Made by a program: the position numbers and the translations under genes
Part shown: positions 1-10,879 of the stretch, piece by piece
Layout: each line of letters starts with the position of its first letter
Position numbering within the stretch: the stretch's first letter is position 1
The notes under the pieces: model-generated
Database searches by the model: none
Told to the model about the DNA's origin: nothing
What the model saw: only the letters and a program-made list of their open reading frames with translations
Source: a virus
Length of the DNA: 64,000 nt
IMG/VR virus record: IMGVR_UViG_3300043427_002233
Coordinates: 6,203-70,202 of that record
Strand: one strand, 5' to 3'

Positions 1-3000
1 AGGAGGCAACTCAGCCAATCTCTTTTGATTTCTTTCATTGTTAACAAATTGATTGACTAATGTTCTCATTTGTCTTTGGTTGTTTTCATCAAGGATCATA
101 AAGCGTACTGAGCCAACGGCACTTCTAGAACTGCTTAACAAAGCATCTTTGTCAACTTGGAAAGCAATAATTCTACCAGGTTCAGCAGATACGTAATCCT
201 TAATATATTGATAAGCGATATAACCAAAGCTATCAGATGAAGCTCCTGATCCAGTAACGGACTTAATTGTATTCGTCTTTGTATCAAAGAAGAAAGTATT
301 TGCAAAGAACTTATCATATGTAACACCAGTAGATTGGTTGAGAATTGTAAATGCAATCTTTGTAGCATCTTCAACACCTATCTTAATATTTTGAGCATTC
401 ATAACTTTATGAACATTCTTAGAAAGTTCAATAATATTAAACATATACTTTCCTAAGAATTCTGAATGTTGTAAGTTTTGGACAAGTCTACTAGCTGTTA
501 AAGGTGAGTCAACATCTTTCTCGATAGCATTCTTTAAGTTGCTGATTAATGAAATATAAGGATTAGATTTTTGAATGTCAACTCCAGACGCCTTAATCAT
601 CTTAGCGGCAGCACTTGAAGAAGATACAGGTTTCTTCATTTGGTTGTTTAAAAAATCAGTTAATTGTTTCTTAGATTTTTCGGAATCGTTTTCAAAATAA
701 GTTAACACGTTTCTACGTGTAGCTGAAGGTAAGTTTGATAAAGTAATCAAACGTTCTTCAGAATAGAAGTCACTTTCAGTTCTATTCTTAAACATAGCTT
801 CATGATAGACACTATTATCAAGAATAGTTTTATATTTCTTTTTTAAACTTGAAAGCGAAGAAGCTTTAACACCCTTTGATTTCATAAAAGAAATGATTTG
901 ATCAAATTCATTTTCATCAAGTCGATATAAGTGATCGACAAATATAGACAGCTTTTCTTCTCCAGTAGTATCTGCGGTTGAAACTAAAGATTGAATCTTA
1001 GAGACAACAGGATTAATTTGCCCTTCTTTTGTAGTGGCATTTAAAATCTTAAAGTTTTGATCATAGACCATTGTATTAAAAATTTCAAATACATCTTTAT
1101 TTGTAATCTTAGCTTTAAATTTATTATTAACTCCAAGAGATGCTATTTCATATGAATCGACAATGGCTTTACCTTCAGACTCAGGTCCATAACCCAAAGC
1201 TTGTATATTGTTGACAGAAGCAAAACCATTATTTAAAACCTTTCTATTTAAAATTTTATTTACAGAAGTCACTATTTTATTAATACGAGGGTGATCTGCT
1301 GTATCTAATGTTACAGTTTTCTTGCGGATATCATCTAGAAGAATAGTGAGTTGATCTCCAAGAGATTCTCTAACATCTTTATCGGAAAGAATTTTATTAA
1401 GTTCAGCGTTCTCAGTACCTAGTTCCTTCATGATGCTGTCAGATAGTTGTCTAGCACCTAAAAGGAAACGATTTAACATTTCATAATATATGGTATCTTT
1501 TAATAAAACATCTTCTCCTGTGACTTTTGTATCTCCCATTGTCATAATCTCTTTATATGTTTTATTCTTCAACATATCAACAATTTTGGATTCTAAACCA
1601 AGGCCACGTTTAATAAATGAAACGGTGTCTAAATAAACATCTCGAATAAACTCTTCACTAAAAACTCCTATTTTGGTTTGGATAAAGTTAACCATATCAT
1701 AACCGGTAGTTTGTAAAGTATTTAAACGAGAGGTATTAGATACGGCAATGTTATCACCTTGAGAGATATTAAGTTCTCTAGTATTAAATTGTTCTTGCGC
1801 AGATATTTTGCTTGATAATTCTAATGGAAGAATAAAACGGAAGTTAACAGTACCATTTTTATTTATATAATCAAAAGCTAATTCTTTAAAGTTATCTTTA
1901 GGAACAACCTGATAAATTTTAAGGTTTCTACCAGATTTATCATCATAGTCTTTAAGATAAACAAAATTATAGAGGTCACCATTATCTTTAAATTCTTTAA
2001 TATTATCTTCTGAAAGGATCATTTCAGAAAAGACTAGAGTCTTCTCAAAGATTTTCTTCTTGGAAGTTTTAACAAATTCATCAATAGCATCAATAGTTTC
2101 CATAACAAAGTTATTCTTCTTTAAATTAATATCAATAGAAGAAGCGTTATGATTTAGACGTCTTGCCATAAAGTAAGCTTTAAATAAAGCACCACCGTTA
2201 CGACCTTGCTTTAGATTTAAATCCAAAGCATTAAAGATAGATAAGAATTTATTGGAGATAGAGAAATCGGTAGAGCCAACAAACCTAGGGAGCTTTTTAT
2301 CTTTAGCACCAAAAGCAAACTGAGTATTATCATCTATAAAGTTTAAGTTACTTGTACGATTTATAATACTTTCTTTAAGATCTAATGTTTTAATATAGGC
2401 GTCTTCAGCGACATCAGTCCATTTAACGGAGCCTTCATCGCTAAGAGCTTTCAGGAATAAAGCCTTTCCATTTTTTTCGAATTCAATATCAACGGCATTG
2501 TCTTCATGTTGAGCTTTGAAATAAATACCAGGAATGTTTTCTAAAGTTTCACCAATATCATAGAGCTCATAGTTAAGTCCACGTAGAATCGTTTCTAAAA
2601 GAACACGCTCTTCTGGACTATTGATTCTAATTCTTCCATCAATAAGTTGGAAATTAAATTCAAGAGTACCATTTACTAAACGATCTTTGTATAAATGTAC
2701 TAAGTTTTCGACAGTAAACATTTCTGAATTCAAGTTCAGTTTAGCCCAAGAAACAAACTTCTCACCAAATACTTGAGTAAGTTTAGAATCGGTATCAGTT
2801 GAAGATAGTATTTGATCTCTTTTGTTAGAAGATTGAGCAGCTTGTAAAAATCTTGCTTGTTCTCTTCCGAGAAGTTCATTGATATTTAAGATAATCTTAC
2901 CACTGGATTTTTGTGAAATAGTATCTTTAATAAAGATTTTTTCATAAAGATCCATTGCTTTTTGAATGTGAAGTTTTTCATCGCCAAGATCAAAAAGCCT

Positions 3001-6000
3001 CTTTATATTATCTGGATTACCTAAGACTGTTTCAAGAACTATTTTTTGAAGATTTTTATTTTCATCAAATCTATTTCTGGAAAAACCAGTATTTAGTTCT
3101 TTTTCTGGAATGTTAACAACAACTTCGACTGGTTTAGATTTAAGTTTAAAAACGGGGGCAATAGCTTGGGTAAATGAATCTTTGGTAACAATATTACTAA
3201 TTTTTTCGTTTTTATTTGCAGCTTCTGGATCAATTAATTTAATTCTATCTTCAACAACCTTAGCATTATCATAAAAAGGTTTTGCTTCTGACATAAGTGT
3301 ATTTTGTAAAGGCATGCCTAAAAAGTCTACAGGTTTAAGTCCTTCATTATAAAAAGCAATGTCCTTGTCATCTGCAATATCATTAGGACTTAAAGCGGGA
3401 AGTTTTAAAGTATCTTGTAAAAACTCTGACATCGCACGTACAACTTTGCTTCTTCCAAAGTTTACAATAATTGGTGTGGATGGTTTATTAACCCAAGAAG
3501 AAAAAGATTTTCGATCTGATGGGTTATAACCATAAGAAAAATACCAACGTTTAGGAACTGCTCCACGTTGTCCAATTGGATTGCTTGCAGTATATTTATC
3601 ACCTTCGCCAGAAGAAAAATAAAAAGGAATTTTAACACCTTTATATTCCACTAACGCAAAAGCTCTATTGCCTTCGACAAAGAAATCTTTTCCATTAATA
3701 CTAACTATTTTAAATTCGCCAGGATAATTTAAATATGTCTTTTCATTTGGTGGAGTTTCTCCAAATAGTTTTTTAGGAACTAATGTTTCTTCTGTAGCTT
3801 GAGCTTTACTTAATACAGCATCTTTACCGGGAGAAAGAACGTCTAATAAAGTTTGATCAAATAAAGAACTAAATATAAGTTTTTCAAGAATAGGTTGGTC
3901 TTTTGTATTAATAACAAAATTTCCACCTATTTTTGTACCAGCAATTTCAACTTGTCTAGACTTTTCAAATCTAGCATTATTAAAATAAGAACGAATAGAA
4001 GGTAAGAATTCAATCAACAAGGAACCAAAGTCAAGTTCATTTCTAGTGTCAGCAAAAGAAGCTTGAGCGTTCAACGTATCTAAGATGCTAATTAAAGAAC
4101 GTATATTCTCCTTTGTAAAAATGACATCATTATTAAGTTCTTCTAATAAAACTTTTGAACCATTTTTTACATACATTAAAAAACCTAAAAGCCGTTTAAC
4201 ATTTGGGTTGGAAATATCAAGATTGTCTAAATCAAGATTTTCATCTTTAATTTTCTGTAAACCAATAATAATTTGTGAAACAGCATCACTAAAAGTTCTA
4301 GCATATTTACCAAGAAGTGGTGAACTGTTTCCAAAACTAGAGGTAAGTTTTAACTTTGCAGATGATAAATCAATACCAAAAATTTTTTCTAGTTTGTTTA
4401 AACCATCTAATGTACCTTCGTCAATGGGTTCAACTTTTTCACCACCTGGCAAAACATCACCGACCTTTGGTCCTTGTTTTGTTTGTTCCTCTATAGATAC
4501 AGCTGGTTTAGAATTATAAATTTCTAAGATCGCATTTTTAAATGAATTAGTATTACCGTAGAAAAGGTTTTCAGTAATAGATTCTGCTTTAGCTTTGAAG
4601 ACTAAAGTTTTAATTTGTTGTTCAAGGTTTAAAGTATCTGAATCTTTCCATTCAGATTTGTCAGCATTAACCAACTTTGCACGAACTTCTTGAATTGCGA
4701 GTTTTATATCTTCTGTCGTAAAGTCAAGTGCTTTAAGACGTAAGTCCTGTGTCGACTTGACTTTGCCAAGTAACGCAGCAACAACGGTATTAACGTTTCT
4801 GCCACTAACTTTGATTTCTGCAAAGTTTTGTAACTTGGACAACACAGCTTCGGGTAAAGATTCTGTAAGAACCTTTTGAGCACCGGTTAGGTTTATAACA
4901 GTATTGACAACAGAGTCATAGAACTCTTTGTCTTCACTGATAGCTTCTTTACTTCCGAGGTTTTCGGAAAGAGTTTTGAAGAAACTTAATAAACGACTTT
5001 TGTCCTCTATAGGGTTTTGCGCGATAAACTTACCGAGTTCTTGTGCAGAGAACCCTTCGCGGCTCGCAATTAATATTTGAAGTTCTGGGCTTAAGTTGGT
5101 GTAGTAGTCTTCGAAGGCCTTGCGAGCCTTGTCTACTACACCTTGATCCCTTGTATTAGGATCGACGCCAGCTTTCGTTTTAAAATCTTGATAGAGACGA
5201 ATACCTTCATTGAGATCAATGGCTTGTTTAATACCGGTTAAATTATTAAGATTTATATTAGGATCGGAATTAAGTTTAGCAAATTCAGTTCCGGAAAGAA
5301 TGTAAGATGCGTCAAGTAAAGAAATAAAGTTATTGTTGATAAGTTTGTTTAAGAAACCGCTTGCAACAATATTATCTTCTTTTGAACCAGTATACGCTTT
5401 GCCTTGAATACCTAAGAATAAATCTTTAAATGATAAAGACTTTTCTTTTGAACTTGTGTTATATTTAACACCATATAAACCAACAAGCACTTCGTGTAAC
5501 TTCTTGAAAGTAGTAATTTTTAAACCATCATGGAATGCTGGAATTAAATAAGTACCATCCCGTAATTGATATATAGGTTGGATCATACCAGCTTTTGAAT
5601 CGACTTTAGCTATTTCGGATAACGTATTAAGTAAGCCGACGAGCTTAAGTCGAGCTGCTTGACCTTCAGAACTACCATCAGTTGGTAAATCAATTAAGGT
5701 AAACTTAGCAAGATTATTTGCTTTGCCTTTTCCAATTTGACCAACGTAAGGCATTAATAGTTTAACAAGATCATCGGATAAAACTTCGCCACCTAATTTA
5801 AATTGTGGCACTTCAACTTCCTTTCCGGAAGCGTCTTTAGTCTTAATGTTTGTAATTTGTAAATGTTCAAGATCAATAAGACCTTTGTCTAAACCACCAG
5901 CTTGACCAAGTTTAATAAAGTTTTCTTTATTCTTGATCAAAGAAGGAACGGTAACTTTCTTTAGAGATTCAAAAGCTCTAGCATTATCAACTAATTTAAA

Positions 6001-8523
6001 TTTAGCTAAGTTAGCCATTGCTCCTTCAAAGTCATTGACAACTTTTTCAATACTCTTTAGTTTCTTAACATCATAGGTTTTACTAACATGAGAATCTGGT
6101 CCGAAGATATCACCCTTTAAAAGTGCATCTTTTTCGATTGCAAGTTTATTAGCAACGACGGATGTAAAGGTTTCAATAGCAGCTCTAGTACCTAAGATGA
6201 TTTCATTTAAACGGGATTCATTATATTTTCCAATAATTGCATCACGAACAAATGACATATCATTGTCATCTTTAAAAGTATTATGCAAATAATTCATTGC
6301 CTTTTGAATACCCAAGGCAGGATTTTTTTCAGTATCGCGAATGCGGTTAGCTTCTTTAACAGCTAAGCTAATTGTTTCGGCAGCTTTAATATCAGCATCA
6401 TTCTTACTTGCAGCTTTTTGTGTAGAAATTTCTAACATTTTTCCAACAATATCTGAAGAGTAAATGCGGTTTAAGTTACCAACTTGAGCAGCAACACCAG
6501 ATGCGCCCATCTGCATATCATTACCACGGAACCCACCCATTAAGTTATTTTTAAATAACCAACCTTGGGTGACAAGGTTTTGTGGATCTAATAAATTAAG
6601 CCATGCTTGTTTGTCGAACATTTTACCAGTAGTAGCCAAAGAACTTTGGGTACCCATCGTTAAAAAGTTTTCCATCATATCCATTGCTGAGTTTGTAAAG
6701 ACAAATGATTTACGTTTGCTAGCATCAGCAGCCCAACGTAATAATGAATCTGCGAATGTGTCATCTAAAGCACCAGCAGCTTTAATGTCTGCAGATTTTT
6801 GGAATGTTGATTTCCACCAGTTAGCTAAACGAGTAGTAGCTGGCGTATCACCGACAGATCGTAGCAAGAAGGATAAACCAAAGTTTAAACCAGTCATCGC
6901 TAAAGCACTACCGATAATTTCATTATCATCTAAATCTAAAAATTCTTTAGATGCAGTTAAGGATGCAGTCGTAGTTGTAAAGTCTTTAACGGCTAAATAA
7001 CCAAGACCACGAACAGTGGCTTGAGTTGCAGTTAAGACGGCATTGGATGTACCAGCGCTGTAAACACCTTGTGATAAACCAACGACGCCGTTGATTGCGT
7101 TACCAATGTTTCGTAATCCCCACGTTGTAAATCCTTTAAGTCCACCATACTTAACGACTTCTTTACCTAAAATCTTTTGACCTTCTTTAGAAATACCTAA
7201 AACAACTTCTTTAGTTCCAACGCCAGATAATCCGCCACCAATAGCTGATAGTGCAAACATACCAGCAAGGTAACCGACTGCTCTTGATGTACCACGTCCA
7301 ATACCTTCGAAGTCAATCGAACCATCGGCTTTAGTAAATCCAGTTCCAGTAGAATAAACATTATTACCAAACATATATGATCCAGCTTTTGCACCTTCTA
7401 CTTCTACGTAGAGATCAGCGAGCTTATCATATTCCCAGTTTCCAGTAAATAAATTTTCAATCGTATCGACAAGACCAACAGTTCCATACATAAATAAATC
7501 AGCAACGCCAGCGACAGCGCTAAGTGCACCTTGTACAACTTGGTCGCCATAAACGCCAAACATGCCGTCGACTTCAATACGATCTAAAGATCCGTCTTCG
7601 TTGTAATACGAAATAGCTTTTGTGTCTGGAGCATCTGATCCAGCTTCACGAACTTTGTAAAGCATACCATCACGATGTAAGTAGTAATCAATCTTACCAT
7701 CACCGTCTACATCTACAGTAGGATTAAATCCTCTGAGTAAACCAGCTTTATAAAGTTTAATCTTTTCTTCATCCGATTCAACGATAGTATCAAGTTGTTT
7801 AAATTGTTCTTCGAAAAGTTCACGAACTTTTAAAGGGGGTAATTTATTTTTATCACCTAATTGTCCAAGAAAAGAGTTTTGAATATCGAGCGTATTACTT
7901 TCTGCATACCAAACTTCGTTTTGATAAAGCGTTTGAGCTTGTTGCAAAAGTGATGCGAGATAACTTGGATTATCAATTGGCGAATCATACATCCCTTGTT
8001 TACGCCGATTATACCAATACAAAGAAGAGGTCATATCATGACCATCTGCTTTTAATAAATCTTGTCCATAAGCTTTATACAAAAATGTTTGATAGCCAAG
8101 TTTACCACTTGCAACATCTTGCTCCAGCTTTTTAATTTTTTCTTCGCGTAATAATATTTTTGCGTCGATATCGAATCCGGTTGGAACGAACTTATTCGTA
8201 TTATAGTATTCGGTGAATGATTCGTTCGCTTTTAATCCAACAGCCGCACGCAATTCATTGGCTCTAGTTACACCTAACTTTTCGCCATATAATGATTTGT
8301 TTACTTCTGGTAAATTATAAGTTGGCGCGTCACTCACTCGGACTACACCGGATGCGAATTGCACTGCACCATCTTCTCTGGCTCGTTTGATTCCTTCATC
8401 TTCGAAGCTATTAAGATCGAATTCTACTTTAGGTAGTTCAACTTTAACTTCGGGTGCTGTAACTTTTACAGCGAAGGGATCTTGAGACTTGCCAAATCGA
8501 GGGTCGAAATTCTGACCATCCAT
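1..8523 (-). CDS. Giant virion/ejection (large polyvalent-type) protein, N-terminal >=2841 aa, runs off the left edge
   Basis: ATG at 8523 with GAGGAG SD and an extended -10 upstream. Starts MDGQNFDPRFGKSQDPF and is still open at base 1 (...NERNQKRLAELPP). Its absence from the ORF track is consistent with no in-window stop. Contains DVDGDGKIDY and VKIPFYFSSGEG...KRWY motifs. Confidence 0.85.
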   Translation of the reverse strand, partial: MDGQNFDPRFGKSQDPFAVKVTAPEVKVELPKVEFDLNSFEDEGIKRAREDGAVQFASGVVRVSDAPTYNLPEVNKSLYGEKLGVTRANELRAAVGLKANESFTEYYNTNKFVPTGFDIDAKILLREEKIKKLEQDVASGKLGYQTFLYKAYGQDLLKADGHDMTSSLYWYNRRKQGMYDSPIDNPSYLASLLQQAQTLYQNEVWYAESNTLDIQNSFLGQLGDKNKLPPLKVRELFEEQFKQLDTIVESDEEKIKLYKAGLLRGFNPTVDVDGDGKIDYYLHRDGMLYKVREAGSDAPDTKAISYYNEDGSLDRIEVDGMFGVYGDQVVQGALSAVAGVADLFMYGTVGLVDTIENLFTGNWEYDKLADLYVEVEGAKAGSYMFGNNVYSTGTGFTKADGSIDFEGIGRGTSRAVGYLAGMFALSAIGGGLSGVGTKEVVLGISKEGQKILGKEVVKYGGLKGFTTWGLRNIGNAINGVVGLSQGVYSAGTSNAVLTATQATVRGLGYLAVKDFTTTTASLTASKEFLDLDDNEIIGSALAMTGLNFGLSFLLRSVGDTPATTRLANWWKSTFQKSADIKAAGALDDTFADSLLRWAADASKRKSFVFTNSAMDMMENFLTMGTQSSLATTGKMFDKQAWLNLLDPQNLVTQGWLFKNNLMGGFRGNDMQMGASGVAAQVGNLNRIYSSDIVGKMLEISTQKAASKNDADIKAAETISLAVKEANRIRDTEKNPALGIQKAMNYLHNTFKDDNDMSFVRDAIIGKYNESRLNEIILGTRAAIETFTSVVANKLAIEKDALLKGDIFGPDSHVSKTYDVKKLKSIEKVVNDFEGAMANLAKFKLVDNARAFESLKKVTVPSLIKNKENFIKLGQAGGLDKGLIDLEHLQITNIKTKDASGKEVEVPQFKLGGEVLSDDLVKLLMPYVGQIGKGKANNLAKFTLIDLPTDGSSEGQAARLKLVGLLNTLSEIAKVDSKAGMIQPIYQLRDGTYLIPAFHDGLKITTFKKLHEVLVGLYGVKYNTSSKEKSLSFKDLFLGIQGKAYTGSKEDNIVASGFLNKLINNNFISLLDASYILSGTEFAKLNSDPNINLNNLTGIKQAIDLNEGIRLYQDFKTKAGVDPNTRDQGVVDKARKAFEDYYTNLSPELQILIASREGFSAQELGKFIAQNPIEDKSRLLSFFKTLSENLGSKEAISEDKEFYDSVVNTVINLTGAQKVLTESLPEAVLSKLQNFAEIKVSGRNVNTVVAALLGKVKSTQDLRLKALDFTTEDIKLAIQEVRAKLVNADKSEWKDSDTLNLEQQIKTLVFKAKAESITENLFYGNTNSFKNAILEIYNSKPAVSIEEQTKQGPKVGDVLPGGEKVEPIDEGTLDGLNKLEKIFGIDLSSAKLKLTSSFGNSSPLLGKYARTFSDAVSQIIIGLQKIKDENLDLDNLDISNPNVKRLLGFLMYVKNGSKVLLEELNNDVIFTKENIRSLISILDTLNAQASFADTRNELDFGSLLIEFLPSIRSYFNNARFEKSRQVEIAGTKIGGNFVINTKDQPILEKLIFSSLFDQTLLDVLSPGKDAVLSKAQATEETLVPKKLFGETPPNEKTYLNYPGEFKIVSINGKDFFVEGNRAFALVEYKGVKIPFYFSSGEGDKYTASNPIGQRGAVPKRWYFSYGYNPSDRKSFSSWVNKPSTPIIVNFGRSKVVRAMSEFLQDTLKLPALSPNDIADDKDIAFYNEGLKPVDFLGMPLQNTLMSEAKPFYDNAKVVEDRIKLIDPEAANKNEKISNIVTKDSFTQAIAPVFKLKSKPVEVVVNIPEKELNTGFSRNRFDENKNLQKIVLETVLGNPDNIKRLFDLGDEKLHIQKAMDLYEKIFIKDTISQKSSGKIILNINELLGREQARFLQAAQSSNKRDQILSSTDTDSKLTQVFGEKFVSWAKLNLNSEMFTVENLVHLYKDRLVNGTLEFNFQLIDGRIRINSPEERVLLETILRGLNYELYDIGETLENIPGIYFKAQHEDNAVDIEFEKNGKALFLKALSDEGSVKWTDVAEDAYIKTLDLKESIINRTSNLNFIDDNTQFAFGAKDKKLPRFVGSTDFSISNKFLSIFNALDLNLKQGRNGGALFKAYFMARRLNHNASSIDINLKKNNFVMETIDAIDEFVKTSKKKIFEKTLVFSEMILSEDNIKEFKDNGDLYNFVYLKDYDDKSGRNLKIYQVVPKDNFKELAFDYINKNGTVNFRFILPLELSSKISAQEQFNTRELNISQGDNIAVSNTSRLNTLQTTGYDMVNFIQTKIGVFSEEFIRDVYLDTVSFIKRGLGLESKIVDMLKNKTYKEIMTMGDTKVTGEDVLLKDTIYYEMLNRFLLGARQLSDSIMKELGTENAELNKILSDKDVRESLGDQLTILLDDIRKKTVTLDTADHPRINKIVTSVNKILNRKVLNNGFASVNNIQALGYGPESEGKAIVDSYEIASLGVNNKFKAKITNKDVFEIFNTMVYDQNFKILNATTKEGQINPVVSKIQSLVSTADTTGEEKLSIFVDHLYRLDENEFDQIISFMKSKGVKASSLSSLKKKYKTILDNSVYHEAMFKNRTESDFYSEERLITLSNLPSATRRNVLTYFENDSEKSKKQLTDFLNNQMKKPVSSSSAAAKMIKASGVDIQKSNPYISLISNLKNAIEKDVDSPLTASRLVQNLQHSEFLGKYMFNIIELSKNVHKVMNAQNIKIGVEDATKIAFTILNQSTGVTYDKFFANTFFFDTKTNTIKSVTGSGASSDSFGYIAYQYIKDYVSAEPGRIIAFQVDKDALLSSSRSAVGSVRFMILDENNQRQMRTLVNQFVNNERNQKRLAELPP

Positions 8524-8547
8524 ATTTATAATCTCCTCTAGTTAATT

Positions 8548-8556
8548 ATTGTATCA
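8548..8556 (-). promoter_or_regulatory. Extended -10 promoter (TGaTACAAT) for the giant gene
   Basis: TG-n-TACAAT about 25 nt upstream of ATG 8523; no clear -35. Confidence 0.55.
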
Positions 8557-8583
8557 CAAATAAAATAAAAGTGTACAACAAAA

Positions 8584-9192
8584 TTAAATATATTTAAATT
8601 TTAATTCGGACAACAAACGTTTCTTCGTACCTTTATTCTTATCATTGACATGGCGCCTAAAAGATGATAAGGAAACATCCAGCTCTTCGGCAGCATCTTT
8701 CAAAGATTCATAAACAACCCAGTGTTTATTAAGTAAAACCGCAATTTTCTTACCTCGGTGGCTATGATCGAAAGCTTCACCCGGTGGAACGATCAATAGA
8801 TTCTTAAAGCTACAGTTCGTCATCTTCCGGTTACGATGATAGATTTTGGAGTTCGGAACCCACAATCTAGAGAACGTCATCGCCACTAACTTTTTTAAAG
8901 GATATCGACGGTGATCGATAACAACCGCAAGGTATTCTTCACGTTTACTTTGCTTATTACGTTTATACAACTTCGTTGGTAATCTTTTAAAAAGGCTAGC
9001 GACCGGACCATTTTCCTGAAGATCACGTTTCATATACTTCTCCACATAACCTCTGGAGTTAACATAATATAAACAGTGAGCCGTCTCTTTAAAGAGGCGA
9101 CGGTAATGTTCCCAATTCAAACGACGATGTTCCTCAAGATCCTTGATGGTATCAATCGTCATGCTGGCAATAAATTCTAATTGTTCTTTCAT
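8584..9192 (-). CDS. Degenerate HNH/NUMOD-type DNA-binding protein
   Basis: LVAMTF...IYHRNRKMTNCSFKNL resembles an HNH_3 core with altered residues; C-terminal YESLKDAAEELDVS resembles a NUMOD1 HTH. Confidence 0.55.
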   Translation of the reverse strand: MKEQLEFIASMTIDTIKDLEEHRRLNWEHYRRLFKETAHCLYYVNSRGYVEKYMKRDLQENGPVASLFKRLPTKLYKRNKQSKREEYLAVVIDHRRYPLKKLVAMTFSRLWVPNSKIYHRNRKMTNCSFKNLLIVPPGEAFDHSHRGKKIAVLLNKHWVVYESLKDAAEELDVSLSSFRRHVNDKNKGTKKRLLSELKFKYI

Positions 9193-9199
9193 CTACTTT

Positions 9200-9229
9200 A
9201 TTATAAACACAAAAGAAAACAGTTGTCAA
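9200..9229 (-). promoter_or_regulatory. Sigma-A-type promoter, leaderless start at 9192
   Basis: TTGACA-18-TATAAT; ATG 7 nt after the -10; no SD. Confidence 0.75.
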
Positions 9230-9414
9230 CTATTTGCTGACAACCGTATCGTTCCGCCAAACTCATCTTCTTTTTCATCGACTTCATAGAACCAGTTCGA
9301 CATAAACATCGCGGCAGCTTTGAGACGATGTCTCGACGCGAAGCGTCCGGCGAATTTAGTCCGACCATGTCGATCGATTTCATACAGCGAGTAGATCTTA
9401 ATCTTCTTGACCAT
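9226..9414 (-). CDS. Hypothetical protein
   Basis: AAGGAGGTGA SD upstream and TGcTATGAT extended -10. Confidence 0.6.
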   Translation of the reverse strand: MVKKIKIYSLYEIDRHGRTKFAGRFASRHRLKAAAMFMSNWFYEVDEKEDEFGGTIRLSANS

Positions 9415-9502
9415 CGGGTGCGCTCACCTCCTTGAGTCCCATCATAGCACCACCTGTGGTCAAATCGTTTTGTAAAACGCTTACATTTTCCTGAAAGCCG
9501 TT

Positions 9503-9739
9503 TCAGAAATTCATCGTCACGGTTTTCTCGAACAACGCTTTCTCTTCTGGCTTATCCCACTTGATCATCAAGTTGGTACGTAGTTGGCCATAACGAGCGG
9601 TCAGATGCGTCTCTTCATCGACAAAGTTTAAACCGCCGTAACTTCTAAATCCCGATAAAGCCTTATTCACTTCGCTAACAATATGCTCCGGCGAATGCCC
9701 AACTTGAATCAACAAGTCATCCCGAAATAAATAAAACAT
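9503..9739 (-). CDS. Hypothetical protein
   Basis: TAATG coupling to the upstream ORF. Confidence 0.65.
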   Translation of the reverse strand: MFYLFRDDLLIQVGHSPEHIVSEVNKALSGFRSYGGLNFVDEETHLTARYGQLRTNLMIKWDKPEEKALFEKTVTMNF

Positions 9740-10068
9740 TATTTTTTTACTTTCTTCTTAACTGGCTTATCTCCATCCGTATCTCCCCGGGCAACGGTCC
9801 ATACCGGTTGATCGTCTAAATGATCAAGCCCATCTTCGAGTTCTGATTTAATATCTTTCCAGGTTCTTAACCCTTCATATTCTTCTTCGATTAATTCAAA
9901 TGATTTACCTTCGAAAACAGGGTGAACGAAAGAAATAATAAAGCGAATCTCATTCGTGTTAGCAAGTTCGGCATCGGCTTCGATCTTTACTTGATAGCCA
10001 TTCTTCGTTAGATGTTGAGCGATTGAGTTGGCGGATTCCCAGCCAACGACTGAAATTTCTCCGGACAT
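9739..10068 (-). CDS. Hypothetical protein
   Basis: GGAGGA SD; operon context. Confidence 0.7.
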   Translation of the reverse strand: MSGEISVVGWESANSIAQHLTKNGYQVKIEADAELANTNEIRFIISFVHPVFEGKSFELIEEEYEGLRTWKDIKSELEDGLDHLDDQPVWTVARGDTDGDKPVKKKVKK

Positions 10069-10070
10069 AT

Positions 10071-10520
10071 TTAGTCCTCCTTATTTTCTTTATAATACTC
10101 TTCTATCGCAACGAAGTCAACCATTAAATCTTTATCTAGTTTTTGATTAAGTTCAAGAGCACATTGATCACAGTATGGCGAGATCCAACCCATGGATATT
10201 TTAGTAGCAGGTTTGCCACAATGAATACAGATATAATAACTCATACGTTCGTATTTTGAGATGACATCATAAACTTCCCTTGATGCACCATGACAATAGA
10301 ATCTTAACCCGCCAAACTTTTCTTTGACTTGAGTGATCAGCAACTCTTCACCCTTAAGTGCTGTGGCAATCTCTTCCATCATCTGTTCGCCGAAGGCAAT
10401 CCTCCAGCCACCCGGCATTCCATCTAACCAGGTTACTTTAGTCGATCGGTCATACTTACCGGTCATAAGATTCCTCAAACGAAGGAACGGATATTTTTTA
10501 AGAAGTTCTTTATTATTCAT
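10071..10520 (-). CDS. Conserved phage protein (QVKEKFGGLRFY family) with Zn-binding cysteines
   Basis: QVKEKFGGLRFY motif, CIHCG and CDQC; leaderless start 6 nt after TATAAT (10527-10532). Confidence 0.75.
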   Translation of the reverse strand: MNNKELLKKYPFLRLRNLMTGKYDRSTKVTWLDGMPGGWRIAFGEQMMEEIATALKGEELLITQVKEKFGGLRFYCHGASREVYDVISKYERMSYYICIHCGKPATKISMGWISPYCDQCALELNQKLDKDLMVDFVAIEEYYKENKED

Positions 10521-10639
10521 GGTTCTATTATACTACTTTCTGCATTAATTGTCCTTTTAAATATGCAGTAATAGGATTATTCTAATATAATAGAAAGGCA
10601 TAGTCTAACCCCTAAACCCAAAAATTCTGTGGAGCGTGC

Positions 10640-10855
10640 TAGTATATATTATTGATGTTGTTAGTACCATTTGTGATTGTGTGATGTTGTTAGTACTGTT
10701 GTTGTGTTGTGGGGGTGCCTTCCCTACCACCAAACCAAGAAATACTTCCCCCACGTACCCCCAACACTAATAGTAACACTTAACACCCCCAAAAGTACTA
10801 CCCTACCCTATATATATACCATACATATATATATATACTCTCTCTCTACTATTAT
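10640..10855. repeat. Low-complexity GT-rich/CA-rich imperfect inverted repeat and (TA)n/(CT)n tract
   Basis: GATGTTGTTAGTAC occurs twice; GTGTTGTGGGGGT pairs with ACCCCCAACAC; TATATATA and CTCTCTCT runs. Confidence 0.6.
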
Positions 10856-10879
10856 CCAACGATAATGAATTTGACAGAA

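Noticed and set aside
7684-7713. DVDGD as a possible RNA polymerase catalytic motif
   Set aside because: Context DVDGDGKID fits a Ca-binding loop rather than NADFDGD; no other RNAP motifs seen in the parts I translated
135-8135. Short ORF-track calls (135-377, 4085-4519, 6569-7000, 7197-7394, 7950-8135)
   Set aside because: Shadow frames overlapping the giant minus-strand ORF; no SDs noted and implausible composition
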